A stretch of 64,000 nt of DNA from Candidatus Poribacteria bacterium. Its GTDB lineage: Bacteria; Poribacteria; WGA-4E; WGA-3G. The stretch is taken from positions 2,912,001 through 2,976,000 of the forward strand of contig CAXXLX010000001.1 in assembly GCA_963665235.2 (NCBI GenBank), read 5' to 3'. This document shows positions 18,632 to 27,699 of this stretch, in pieces. The translations under genes were made by a program, and so were the position numbers. The notes below the pieces were generated by a model that made no database searches, was not told the DNA's origin, and saw only the letters and a program-made list of their open reading frames with translations. How positions within the stretch are numbered: the stretch's first letter is position 1; the number at the start of each line of letters is the position of its first letter.

Positions 18632-21600
18632 ATGAAAAACAACGATGTTGAATTGCTGCAACGTATCCTCGGCGGCGATGAAGCCGCGTTCACCGAATTA
18701 GTGAAAAAATATCAAAAACAGGTTCACACACTCGCCTGGCGGAAAATAGGTGACTTCCACATCGCTGAAGAAATTACGCAGGATGCTTTTCTTAAGGTAT
18801 ATCAGAAGCTTCACACCCTGAAAAATTTGAATCAGTTTTCCGGGTGGCTTTATGTGATTACGACGAACTTATGCGCGACCTGGCTCCGAAAGAAACGGAT
18901 ACAAACAGAGCCATTCGAAGATGTGACGGAACCGTTGGAAGACGAGGCTGTGGAGGCACCGGCCCTACAAACGGATGCTTACTCCGAATATGTGGTTGAA
19001 GAACAGACCAAAATAGCAGGTGAGGCACAACGTGAAGTTGTCAAAAAACTGCTTGCGAAGTTGAAAGAGAGTGAGCGCACGGTCATGATGCTGCATTACT
19101 ACGGCGAAATGACCTGTGAGGAAATCAGCCGGTTTCTGGGTGTGTCTGCCGGAACGATTAAGAGCCGTTTACAACGCGCCCGACAACGTTTGCAAAAGGA
19201 GGAGACGATGATCAGAGCAGCCCTTGAACATTTTCAAATCTCACCGAACCTTACCGATAATATACTGCAAGAAGTAGCACGGCTTAAACCTGCTGCACCT
19301 CCTAGCAAACCGCTTGTGCCGTGGGCAGTTGCTACAGCAAGCACTATTTTGATTGTGCTTATGCTCGGTATGGGCAGCCAATATTTAACGCGTTTCCAAC
19401 AACCTTATAGTTTGGATGCACAGACTGAGATGACGGTGGACATCGTTGATGCACCTGTTCTGCTAAACCTTGTAGCAAAACCGGATACCCGAAATCAATT
19501 GGGGAGTTCAAATGCACTTGGGAAAAGTGATAGCAGTAATCAGAAACCTAATCCGGTTTTATTCGCTGCTGCCCAAGCGGAAGGAGCGGACGTTTCTGTT
19601 TCCAAACAGCAGTGGATTCAGGCTGAACCCCTTACCGGAAGTACGGTGCATAGTTTTCTGACTACCCCCGCGGGAGAATTTTATACGCTTACAAATGAAG
19701 GTATCTACAAATTGCAAACCGATGGAAACACGTGGCAACATATTTTTGACATTTGGACATTAGAGCATTCTGGCTGGGCAAAATCCGTTCTCGCGAAATG
19801 GAATAATACGTTATATTACACACAATCAAGCGATCTTTTCACTTCAACAGATGATGGCAAAACATGGAATTTACTTTACTCATGGGATGGTGATGAATAT
19901 TATTATTCTATTGAATTAATCCTAACGGACCAAGCGTTTTTTATGGTTTTTGAAAACGGGGTATTTCGTTCTGAAGATATAGGTAAAACGTGGCAGGAAA
20001 TTGGTCAAGGACTGACAGGAAGAATTTGGGCGTTAGTTGAGGTACAAAACACGCTTTTTGCTGGAACAGACAACGGATTCTATCGCTTGGACGCGGACAA
20101 TTGGAAACGCTTGAAATTTCCAGTACCCATCGGATATGTAACCTCCATCGCTTCGACCCAGGAGCAGCTCTATGTTTTGGCAGAATTGAGTGGAGACGTG
20201 GCACATCCTCGAGATGTGTCCAAAGGATTGCAGCGCGGTTGGGGAATATTTCGCTCAAGTGACCTCGGCAATTCATGGAAAGATATAACACCGACAAACG
20301 CTTGGACAGTAAAGGGTTTCATCCCCGAAGCGAAACTCATTGCTGCAGGTGAAACACTCTTATTAATGGAGAGAGGTATGGTCCGTTCTACCGATGGCGG
20401 AAACACATGGATGGCCCCACAAATGCCTGAGGCCTCACCGCTTATGCATAGTCAAAATCCTGCTGCGGTGGTGAACAAGGATACTATTTATATCGGTAGT
20501 GACGAGGGGCTACACCGTTCTATCGATGGCGGTGAGTCATGGGATATAATGCACATTCGTCAGAATGAGGAACGGGGTACATTGGACAATCTGATCGCGT
20601 TTAAGGAGACCGATAAAGGGCAAAACACGGTTCCGACTCTCTACGCAATACTTGGAACCTCAATAGTAAAAACAAGCGATAAGGGCAAGTCTTGGAAGGA
20701 CGTTCAAGTAGAAATACCGATGTCTGAACCTCACAGAGAAGACCCTCCGAGCATCAGCCAGATAGTCAAATCTGATGGTGTTATCTATGCAAAAGGTAAT
20801 AGTGAAGATTCTTTTGGCAGACTAAAAACACTTCTTTATCGTGTATCTACAGATAACAATACGTTAGTGCCGGTTCAAGATATGCCTTTTTTTGACTCGG
20901 CCCCATTGAAAGAACAATTGTCTGAAAAATTGGATGAAATAAGGAACGCCCCGTTTGACTTACCAGATAAATCGTTCGTTGAGACGTTGAAAGAAAAATC
21001 GGTTGGGGCAACCCAGTTCTTTGAACAGTTGGCTAAATCTGAGCCGCTACAGATGGACATGTACATGCAATTAGGGTTCCGTAGCGGCACCTTTGCTGTT
21101 AGTGACGGGACATTCTATATGGAATACAACTATAAACTCTTTAGATGGAGACGAGGTTATACAGAATGGTACGACACTGAACAGCCCGACATAATAGCAC
21201 CCAGAAATCTTAAACTCGCAGTTTCGGGGAACGCTGTCTACGTAGGCAAACGGGATGGACACCTCGTCGTATCATTTGATAGGGGAACTAATTGGATTAA
21301 ACTTACGCCCGCACTGCCGTTTTCATTTAGAACTTTCAAGGAGATTGTGTTTGCAGGTTCCACGGTGTATGTAGCAACGGATGCTGGTGTCACTATGTCA
21401 GATAGTGGAAAAAATTGGCGTACCGTCACTGATGCGGAGGGAACTAATCTTATCATGGAACACTTGGCTGTTGATGACGCAACGGTTTATGGCGTTACGG
21501 AGAAGACAGGTGTCTATCGTTTAGAAAACGGCACTTGGAAACAGATTGTCTCGGAGGTACCGGGGGGTGTGACTTCTCTTGCTGTTGATGGAAACACACT

Positions 21601-21655
21601 GTATGTAGGCACAAAAAATAACGGTATGCTTCACTACACGCCTGAAAAATTTTGA
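18632..21655 (+). CDS. ECF sigma-70 factor fused to a TM helix and BNR/Asp-box beta-propeller
   Basis: Sigma regions 2 and 4 (AEEITQDAFL, FSGWLY, GTIKSRLQRAR), a hydrophobic helix at about aa 228-248 and many SxDxGxTW repeats. Confidence 0.88.
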   Translation: MKNNDVELLQRILGGDEAAFTELVKKYQKQVHTLAWRKIGDFHIAEEITQDAFLKVYQKLHTLKNLNQFSGWLYVITTNLCATWLRKKRIQTEPFEDVTEPLEDEAVEAPALQTDAYSEYVVEEQTKIAGEAQREVVKKLLAKLKESERTVMMLHYYGEMTCEEISRFLGVSAGTIKSRLQRARQRLQKEETMIRAALEHFQISPNLTDNILQEVARLKPAAPPSKPLVPWAVATASTILIVLMLGMGSQYLTRFQQPYSLDAQTEMTVDIVDAPVLLNLVAKPDTRNQLGSSNALGKSDSSNQKPNPVLFAAAQAEGADVSVSKQQWIQAEPLTGSTVHSFLTTPAGEFYTLTNEGIYKLQTDGNTWQHIFDIWTLEHSGWAKSVLAKWNNTLYYTQSSDLFTSTDDGKTWNLLYSWDGDEYYYSIELILTDQAFFMVFENGVFRSEDIGKTWQEIGQGLTGRIWALVEVQNTLFAGTDNGFYRLDADNWKRLKFPVPIGYVTSIASTQEQLYVLAELSGDVAHPRDVSKGLQRGWGIFRSSDLGNSWKDITPTNAWTVKGFIPEAKLIAAGETLLLMERGMVRSTDGGNTWMAPQMPEASPLMHSQNPAAVVNKDTIYIGSDEGLHRSIDGGESWDIMHIRQNEERGTLDNLIAFKETDKGQNTVPTLYAILGTSIVKTSDKGKSWKDVQVEIPMSEPHREDPPSISQIVKSDGVIYAKGNSEDSFGRLKTLLYRVSTDNNTLVPVQDMPFFDSAPLKEQLSEKLDEIRNAPFDLPDKSFVETLKEKSVGATQFFEQLAKSEPLQMDMYMQLGFRSGTFAVSDGTFYMEYNYKLFRWRRGYTEWYDTEQPDIIAPRNLKLAVSGNAVYVGKRDGHLVVSFDRGTNWIKLTPALPFSFRTFKEIVFAGSTVYVATDAGVTMSDSGKNWRTVTDAEGTNLIMEHLAVDDATVYGVTEKTGVYRLENGTWKQIVSEVPGGVTSLAVDGNTLYVGTKNNGMLHYTPEKF

Positions 21656-21693
21656 ATTAGGAGGCTTCCGCTTATATTCGCTAATTCCCGCTG

Positions 21694-24016
21694 CTATTTG
21701 CGCAACAAAATCTGTGTGTTGTTAATATCAATAGCGAGTGCGTAGTGCTCATCCAAGTATTCGGCAATAAGCGCGTGCCGTTCCTCGACAGGAATGCCAT
21801 CAACTCTATCGAACCACCCCCCTGTTTTGAAGATAACCAGACGCGTTTGGTCACGTTCGAGTGCCTCGATAACCTCGCGCTGCATGCCGGGCGTTGACGC
21901 ATACGAGACCATGTGAAATCGGGTGACACTCGGTCGATTGGCGAAGAAATAATAGGCACCCTGGCTTGTGAAATCGAAAATATTTTCACCTGGGGCGGTG
22001 TTTTCCTGAATGTAAGCCACAACCTTCTGAATCTGTTCCACCTGTCCATCGGGAATGTCGACGCTGCCGGCGCGTGCCAACTCCTCCGTTACGACGCTGC
22101 GTTTAAACGGGTTTTGAAGCAACCGTTCCACTCTGTTATTGAAAACTTTCAGCGGTTGATGGACTTGACTAACGTACCAGATGCACATAATGGTCGGAAT
22201 GAGTATCCATGCCGTTTTCAGGGTGTGATGCCAGCGATGCTCGCTCTGTTAAGGAGGAGAAAGCACGAATCCCTTTTCCCTTTATGCCATCAAAAAGAGT
22301 GTTGAACATGCCAGCGATACCTCTATCTAAAGGGAACAGACAGAGAAGCCATAGAAAGGTGGAACCGTAATGCAAATGTCCGCCATCCGACCTGCCGAGG
22401 GCGGTCCGGAAAAATGCGATGCCGCCGAGTAGCAGGAGCAGCACTTTCTGCGCCTCATCTGGCGAAATGGGGCTCCTACATAACCGTCTGTATGTGAGAT
22501 ACGCTGCGGTGAACACGAAGACACAAATCGGAAAATACCAGCGAAAACCGTGGCTCAGCAGAAACGTCCGCCATCCATCCGCTAACAAAATTCCAACCGT
22601 ATTAGATAGGGAGGGGAAGGCGAGTCCCCATGTAGCGAGCTGGTATTTACACTGAATGTACGAATTCCAGATAGCATCGTCTAGTGCCCCGTGTGACAAG
22701 AAATAGGTAGCCACAGGAAGAAACCCTAATAGCAGTCCAAGACAGTAAGCCGCTAATGGTAGAGGTCGTAGGTGTAGTTCAATCCGCCGGCGTAGACTAT
22801 AAATCAGCAGAAAAAGTCCGATAGCTCCGAGCGTATACAACCCAACTTCAGTGCTGTACCAGAACGCTAGGCAGGTAAAGATGCCTGCCAAAATAAGCTT
22901 CCATCCGAACCGAAAGAGATGCAATATCCAGGGCAGTTTATCAAACAGATTGCGATTCGAACTCACGAAGAGGCCGTTCTCATGATGGGACTTTAGGTAA
23001 TTGGCAACACAGACGAAGCTGAGTAAGCCGAGGCTGTGTCTTGCAGATACAGAGAAGTTGGTGCCGGAGACGATAAGGAAACATAGGAAGGCGGTAAAGA
23101 ATCGTCCCCGAAATACTTGCAAACCGAGCAGATAGAAGGCGATGTAACCGAGCGGTCCCAAGATACGCTCCATAGCGCGCACCCCCATCAATGTAGGTTC
23201 AAATATTTTACTCCCGACCCATGCCAGATACGCATTCTGAAAAAGTCCGTGTTGCACATAGACATCACGGAATACAATCCCCCCATGGAGCATTTCATTC
23301 AGCGGAGCTAACCGTTCACCTTCATGGAACATATCGATGCCCCCGTTGATATTGCCGTTGTACATGAGCAGGTAGATGAAAATCGGTATGAGAAGGTATT
23401 CACACCCGCGTCGGAACAGTCGTAAACCGTTTGACTGTGTGTCGGTTTTCGCGGTTTGAAAGGGGAGAGGGTCTGATGAAACAAAATCCGGTATCCTTTC
23501 CATCGGTCGAAATTTGAGGCTAAAGAGGACCAATTTAAAGAGGAGCACTAACCCGATTGGGAGCGTTAGTCCGACGAAACTCGCCTGTTCGATGTTATAG
23601 AGCTGGAGCCAACTTAGCCATAACGGCACGGAAGCGAACGCGTTCGCTTTCAGCACCCGGTGTATCGGTTGATTTGTTGCCTTGGCAGCCCATTGTGAAT
23701 ACGCAAGCCATCCGAACCAATAGAGAAAAATCGTGATGGGGATTCCGAGGAGCGCGAGTAGGTAGTAGAAAAATTCTTGCTGTTTCGGATATTGATTAGC
23801 ACTTAGCCACCCGACTACGCCTGAATTGTCATGGAATTCAAATACTAGCGTGTTCCGAAGGGCTATGCCCAATCCGATTGCAAGAGAAAACGCTGAGAAC
23901 GCAATGATGCGTACGTAAGGACGGAGGTGAACACTGTAGCTTACGTGGAAGTCTGGTATGAAACGTTGGAGGAAAGGTCGCAAGCGGGAGCTCAGTTCTA
24001 CGAAACGGCGCATCAA
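21694..24016 (-). CDS. Multi-pass membrane protein (GT-C glycosyltransferase-like), split by one frameshift near 22250
   Basis: The 615-aa and 164-aa ORFs overlap, and the second frame continues upstream as HRWHHTLKTAWILIPTI. Motifs DMFHEG and GRSD..H, with many TM segments. Confidence 0.6.
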
Positions 24017-24025
24017 TTTTCCTTA

Positions 24026-24604
24026 TACCATTTCTAATTGAAAATGTCTCTTTGTTGTAGCATAAACTTCCAGTTTGTGCTCTTTGTTGTAGCATAAACT
24101 TCCAGTTTGTGCTCTTTGTTGTAGCATAAACTTCCAGTTTGTGCTCTTTGTTGTAGCATAAACTTCCAGTTTGTGTGCTTTGTTGTAGCATAAACTTCCA
24201 GTTTGTGCTCTTTGTTGTAGCATAAACTTCCAGTTTGTGTGCTTTGTTGTAGCATAAACTTCCAGTTTGTGTGCTTTGTTGTAGCATAAACTTCCAGTTT
24301 GTGTGCTTTAGTAGCATAAACTTCCAGTTTGTGCTCTTTGTGTAGCATAAACTTCCAGTTTGTGTGCTTTGTTGTAGCATAAACTTCCAGTTTGTGTAGC
24401 TTTATTGTAGCATAAACTTCCAGTTTTGCTTTCTTGTGCTTTCCAGTTTGTGCTTTCTTGTAGCATAAACTTCCAGTTTGTGCTTTATTGTAGCATAAAC
24501 TTCCAGTTTGTGCTTTCTTGTAGCATAAACTTTTAGTTTGGGTCTTCCGTTCTCCGTTTCATTTCTAACAACCGGTAATGATAGAATAATTAATAAAAAT
24601 GGTA
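24026..24604. mobile_element. MITE copy 2 with TACCATTT/AAATGGTA TIRs, TTA TSD and 15 full plus 1 partial REP-like units
   Basis: TTA at 24023-24025 and 24605-24607. GTAGCATAAACTTCCAGTTTGTG recurs with a 30-33 bp period from 24057 to 24540. Confidence 0.85.
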
Positions 24605-24641
24605 TTACAAGATATTCAGCGGAGAATGGGAGATTAGGTTT

Positions 24642-25355
24642 TTACTGGACAACATCGCCTTCGACAGGTTCAACTTGCACGTTAATGGCTTTTAGATAAT
24701 CGATAGCGCGTGCAATTTCATCTGAAACTCCTATTATCTCCAACATCACCCATCCTGCTTCCTCGGTCACATTTGCGCGGCGAATATTGGTAACCACATC
24801 GTAATTTTGCCCGATGTTGTAAATGATAGGTTCGGTAATTTTCTCAGTTGGGAAAGTTAAACGGACCTTTAGAGAGGTCATCTGATTAGCTCCTGATACA
24901 GTAGATTGACATGGAATTTCGATAAAATCTGCGGTGTCTTCATTCCATTTGAAAGCCTTGACAATGCGGATTGTATCTTCGTAGATAGAGATAACTATGT
25001 ACGCTGCGTCAGGGTACATCGGTTCACCCCATGCCATTGCATCTGTCTTATCCTTTTCGGAGAAGTAGGCTTCATGGTTTGGGTGTGAGTGGTAAAAGGC
25101 TTTAATTGCCCGGTGTTGTGTTTCCGCCTCTTTATGAACAGCGATTAAGTCATCGGGGTGCATCATGTATGCAGTGCGTGCGTCGCGCGGATATGCATCG
25201 GGGTCGTCTCTATGCAGGTCGTTTTGGATATTTCTGCACGGTCTGACAAACTCCTGTGTATCGGCGTGCAAAATTACGCCACAGCACTCATCCGGAAATT
25301 CTATTTTGGCATGTTCACAAATATCGTTGAGGGTTTTCGGTAGCAGCGTTACCAT
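24642..25355 (-). CDS. JAB/Mov34 (Mec-like) peptidase in frame with a C-terminal NIL domain
   Basis: ECCG and YHSHP....FSEKD (JAMM motif). The C-terminal part LTFP..ITEPII..NIRRANV is NIL-like, with an internal AGGAG and ATG at 24881. Confidence 0.8.
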   Translation of the reverse strand: MVTLLPKTLNDICEHAKIEFPDECCGVILHADTQEFVRPCRNIQNDLHRDDPDAYPRDARTAYMMHPDDLIAVHKEAETQHRAIKAFYHSHPNHEAYFSEKDKTDAMAWGEPMYPDAAYIVISIYEDTIRIVKAFKWNEDTADFIEIPCQSTVSGANQMTSLKVRLTFPTEKITEPIIYNIGQNYDVVTNIRRANVTEEAGWVMLEIIGVSDEIARAIDYLKAINVQVEPVEGDVVQ

Positions 25356-25365
25356 ATCAATTGGT

Positions 25366-25388
25366 GTAGGGCGGGTTTGAAACCCGCC
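25366..25388 (+). repeat. GTAG-type REP-like palindrome
   Basis: GTAG-GGCGGGTT-TGA-AACCCGCC. Confidence 0.6.
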
Positions 25389-25404
25389 TTTGTGGTTAAG
25401 GTTT

Positions 25405-25680
25405 TTATCCGCCAGCAATGGCGGGGATTATGGAAATTTCAGCACCATCCTCGACGGTAGTCGCTTTTCCATCAAGAAAACGGATGTCCTCGTCATTCAG
25501 ATAGACGTTGACGAACCGGCGGATATTTCCATCTTCATCACAGAGACGTTCTTTCATCCCTGGGTAGCTTGTTTCCAGGTTTTCAATGATAGTTTCGATA
25601 TCGGGACCTTCTGTTTCCACCTCTGCGAGATTTTCTGTTAAACGTCTCAGCGGGGTTGGAATACGAACTGTTACAGCCAT
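25405..25680 (-). CDS. MoaD/ThiS/CysO family ubiquitin-like sulfur carrier
   Basis: VRIPTPLR, FVNVYLNDEDIR and C-terminal PAIAGG. Confidence 0.9.
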   Translation of the reverse strand: MAVTVRIPTPLRRLTENLAEVETEGPDIETIIENLETSYPGMKERLCDEDGNIRRFVNVYLNDEDIRFLDGKATTVEDGAEISIIPAIAGG

Positions 25681-25747
25681 ATTATTTCCTCCTAAAATAA
25701 TTTGTAGGTTGGGTTTACTGCCCACGGTGTGGGTTTCCGATTACCTT

Positions 25748-26521
25748 TTATATGGAATAGTGTAGTCCACACTCTTTGTTATTTTCTTCGTTATCTAGTG
25801 CGTTTTGCCATCGCCATCGGCCTGCGCGTTTAGGTTCACCTGGGCGAATCGGTGTTGTGCATGTCATACACCCAAGTGATTCATAATAGTGCCCATTAGC
25901 GTCAGGTTGGAACAACGGATTCACCGGAATATCGTTTTCACGGACAAATTGCCACACCTCTTCGGTTGTCCACTGAAGTAATGGGCTCACCTTAAGGATA
26001 GGGTGCGTTGTTGATGAAATGATTTCAGCCTTCGGAAAATTCTGTCGGCTTGCAGATTGGTCCCGTCGCAATCCGGTAATCCAGACATCAAGCGTCTTCA
26101 GGAGCTGTTCCATGGGTTTGACTTTCCGAATGTTACAGCAGTGCATCTGTTTCGCTTTGCTGTCAAAAAAGAGATATTCTCCGTGTTGTGTGACCATTTT
26201 CTGAACTTCATCGGGCTGCGGTTGGATACGTTCAATTTGGATACCGTACCGTGCTTCAACCTTCTCAAAAAAGGCGTATGTTTCTGGAAAAAGACGTAAC
26301 GTGTCAATCGTACAAACCCGAAACGGTAGCTTGTTTTCAGCTGCGAGATGTATCTGTACCATGCCTGACAGTTGCCCGCTTGTAACAATAGCAGCACGTT
26401 CCTCGAACTGCTTAAAAAGATAGAATAGGATTTCCTGGGGGCTATCTGTTAAGCAAATTTGCTGTTTCAATGTTGTGAGATTTTGTTTTATCGTTGGTGC
26501 GCTTTTATATTGAAATGTCAT
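25748..26521 (-). CDS. cysH: Thioredoxin-dependent APS/PAPS reductase (Fe-S APS type)
   Basis: CCNIRKV, WITGLRRDQS, SLGCMTCT, RAGRW and KECGLH. Confidence 0.9.
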   Translation of the reverse strand: MTFQYKSAPTIKQNLTTLKQQICLTDSPQEILFYLFKQFEERAAIVTSGQLSGMVQIHLAAENKLPFRVCTIDTLRLFPETYAFFEKVEARYGIQIERIQPQPDEVQKMVTQHGEYLFFDSKAKQMHCCNIRKVKPMEQLLKTLDVWITGLRRDQSASRQNFPKAEIISSTTHPILKVSPLLQWTTEEVWQFVRENDIPVNPLFQPDANGHYYESLGCMTCTTPIRPGEPKRAGRWRWQNALDNEENNKECGLHYSI

Positions 26522-26536
26522 TCATAGACCCCCCTT

Positions 26537-27487
26537 TTAGTTGAACGTTTCCATAATATCGGATTCTATCTCAAAATAGCGGCTCAGACTAAAGTAACGT
26601 TCACCTGTATCCGGTAGAATTGTAACGACAGTTTTATCGGGGCCCTGTGCCTTAGCAACTTTCAACGCTGCGTAGACATTCGCACCGGAGGACATCCCGA
26701 CTAATAACCCTTCTGCTGTTGAAATATTTTTCATCGTTTCGTACGCTGCCCTTTCAGGGACCGTAATGACCTCATCGATGATATTGACATTCAGCACTTC
26801 GGGTACCATGCCAGCCCCAATTCCGTCAATTCGTGTGGGGCCGGGCTTACCGCCTGAAAGCACAGCTGAAACGAGCGGTTCCACAGCGATAACCTTCGTT
26901 TTTGGATTTTGTGATTTGAGGACTTCGCCAATGCCTGTCAATGTTCCGCCTGTGCCAACGCCTGTGACAAAAAAATCGATTTGACTGCCGACCGTTTCCA
27001 GGATTTCAACAGCGGTTGTCTGCCGGTGAATCTCTGGATTGGCGGGGTTTGTGAATTGATTCGGCATAAAGTGTCTCGGATTGCGTCGAAGGATTTCCTC
27101 TGCCTCCCAAATTGCACTTGCCATGCCACCGAGTTCCGGTGTGAGTACAATGTTTGCCCCGAATGCGGAGAGGAGTGCGTATTTCTCGCTGCTCACATTC
27201 TCCGGCATTGTCAACGTAACGGAGTAACCGCGTGCCACGCCAACAATTGAGAGCCCGATACCTGTATTTCCTGCTGTCGGTTCGATGATAGTGTCGCCTT
27301 TTCGGAGCAGTCCGCGTTCCTCTGCGTCAAGTATCATTGCGTAACTAATTCGGTCTTTGATGCTTCCACCGGGGTTATAGGATTCCACCTTTGCAAAGAT
27401 AGTAGCGTCCTCCGCTTTCGGCAAGGCGTTCAAGCGAACCATGGGCGTATTTCCGATGAGTTTTGTCACGTTTTTGGCAATTTTCAT
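26537..27487 (-). CDS. cysK: Cysteine synthase
   Basis: LIGNTPMV, NPGGSIKDR, GVGTGGT and PDTGERY. GGGAG lies before ATG 27487. Confidence 0.92.
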   Translation of the reverse strand: MKIAKNVTKLIGNTPMVRLNALPKAEDATIFAKVESYNPGGSIKDRISYAMILDAEERGLLRKGDTIIEPTAGNTGIGLSIVGVARGYSVTLTMPENVSSEKYALLSAFGANIVLTPELGGMASAIWEAEEILRRNPRHFMPNQFTNPANPEIHRQTTAVEILETVGSQIDFFVTGVGTGGTLTGIGEVLKSQNPKTKVIAVEPLVSAVLSGGKPGPTRIDGIGAGMVPEVLNVNIIDEVITVPERAAYETMKNISTAEGLLVGMSSGANVYAALKVAKAQGPDKTVVTILPDTGERYFSLSRYFEIESDIMETFN

Positions 27488-27560
27488 TTGACCTACTCCC
27501 CCAGCTAAAGCTCGGTGGATTCTTTTGAAAGTGAATCCCGTGCTTTCTGGTGGGGATTGT
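27488..27560 (-). promoter_or_regulatory. Structured 5' leader of the cysK operon that sequesters the RBS; resembles an IS605-type right end
   Basis: Minus strand TCCCC-A-CCAG-AAAGC-A-CGG-GATTC can pair with GAATC-CA-CCG-A-GCTTT-AG-CTGG-GGGA. It ends ...GGGGGAGTAGGTCAA immediately before the ATG. Confidence 0.45.
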
Positions 27561-27622
27561 GCGGTATAGGTTTTAGTTGAAGTCTGCAAGGGTTGCTCGC
27601 AATACCAATTTAGCTCACTTTA

Positions 27623-27651
27623 AGTATAACGGATCTGACTTAAAAAGTCAA
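27623..27651 (-). promoter_or_regulatory. Sigma70 promoter of the cys operon
   Basis: TTGACT-17 nt-TATACT on the minus strand. Confidence 0.65.
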
Positions 27652-27699
27652 ATTTATTATTGAATAATCGAATAAGGGTGTGAAGTCTGTCCATCTTCA

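Noticed and set aside
23838-24380. Repetitive ORFs (HKLEVYAT / TNWKFML / QTGSLCY), also 5414-5605
   Set aside because: They are translations of the ~32-bp non-coding repeat in all three frames. The period is not a multiple of 3.
24057-24540. CRISPR array
   Set aside because: The linkers are only 6-9 bp and near-identical, so this is a tandem REP-like repeat.
24642-25680. Ubiquitin-like/JAB anti-phage conjugation system (Bil or CBASS type)
   Set aside because: There is no E1, E2 or cyclase. The cysK/cysH context indicates sulfur-carrier metabolism.
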